Positions 63,701-64,000 of a DNA stretch of 64,000 nucleotides are shown here, piece after piece. Below the pieces are notes generated by a model. It was not told the origin of the DNA and did no database searches. It was given only the letters and a program-made list of their open reading frames with translations. The stretch is taken from contig QPGO01000037.1 of NCBI GenBank assembly GCA_008632985.1, positions 372,001 to 436,000 on the forward strand. The letters run 5' to 3'. The number at the start of each line of letters is the position of its first letter. The first letter of the stretch is position 1. The translations under genes were made by a program, and so were the position numbers. Origin of the DNA: Psammoneis japonica (Eukaryota).

Positions 63701-64000
63701 AGCGTCCGATGCGTCCTCTTCTGCATCCTCTAACTCCTTGCGAAGCTCTAAAATAATACGCTGCGCGTCTTCGAGGTCATTATCTTTCTCTCGCATTCTC
63801 ATTTGAAGATCTTCCAATTCTTTTACCGGCATTGAAGCTTCCGATAATCGTGTCTCGAGCTGCTTACACTGTTCTTCGAAGCTTGAGCATCGAGTTTCCC
63901 ATTGTTCAATCGTATCTGCTGCCTCCTGCTGTTGATTTTCCAGTTCAGCTTCAAGTTCCGTGACCGTTGAGTCGAGTTCTTCCCGGTGTCTGTTCGACGT
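60758..64000 (-). CDS. Long coiled-coil protein, 5'-partial, with introns
   Basis: Heptad-rich ORFs 60758-62845, 62821-63033 and 62943-63617, a repeated AIxQWExRC motif, and GT-AG introns near 63080-63175 and 63600-63685. Confidence 0.8.

Overview
This is eukaryotic nuclear DNA, most likely from a diatom. The evidence is short GT-AG introns, bipartite plastid-targeting presequences with ASAFAP-like cleavage sites, a CoDi-like copia element and an APE1/DUF2854 gene. About 17 ordinary host genes alternate with three repeat-derived domains: 1-2.7 kb (a Gypsy relic and a 42-bp array), 5048-12939 (a complete Ty1/copia LTR retrotransposon with 310-bp LTRs and a GATGG target-site duplication) and about 27.3-42.1 kb (a large, heavily decayed island). 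The most striking signal is a repeat-targeted hypermutation that converts TpA to CpA or TpG, equivalent to A-to-G at TpA on either strand and the reverse of fungal RIP. All 10 differences between the two LTRs are TA versus CA/TG. Conserved Tyr codons of the copia and Gypsy Pol have become His or Cys, GTAAGT splice donors in the island read GCAAGT or GTGAGT, and TpA is almost absent from the 15-kb island while neighbouring host genes are untouched. Many host genes carry single-base frameshifts that look like long-read consensus errors. All calls were made by eye from sequence motifs, with no database searches.
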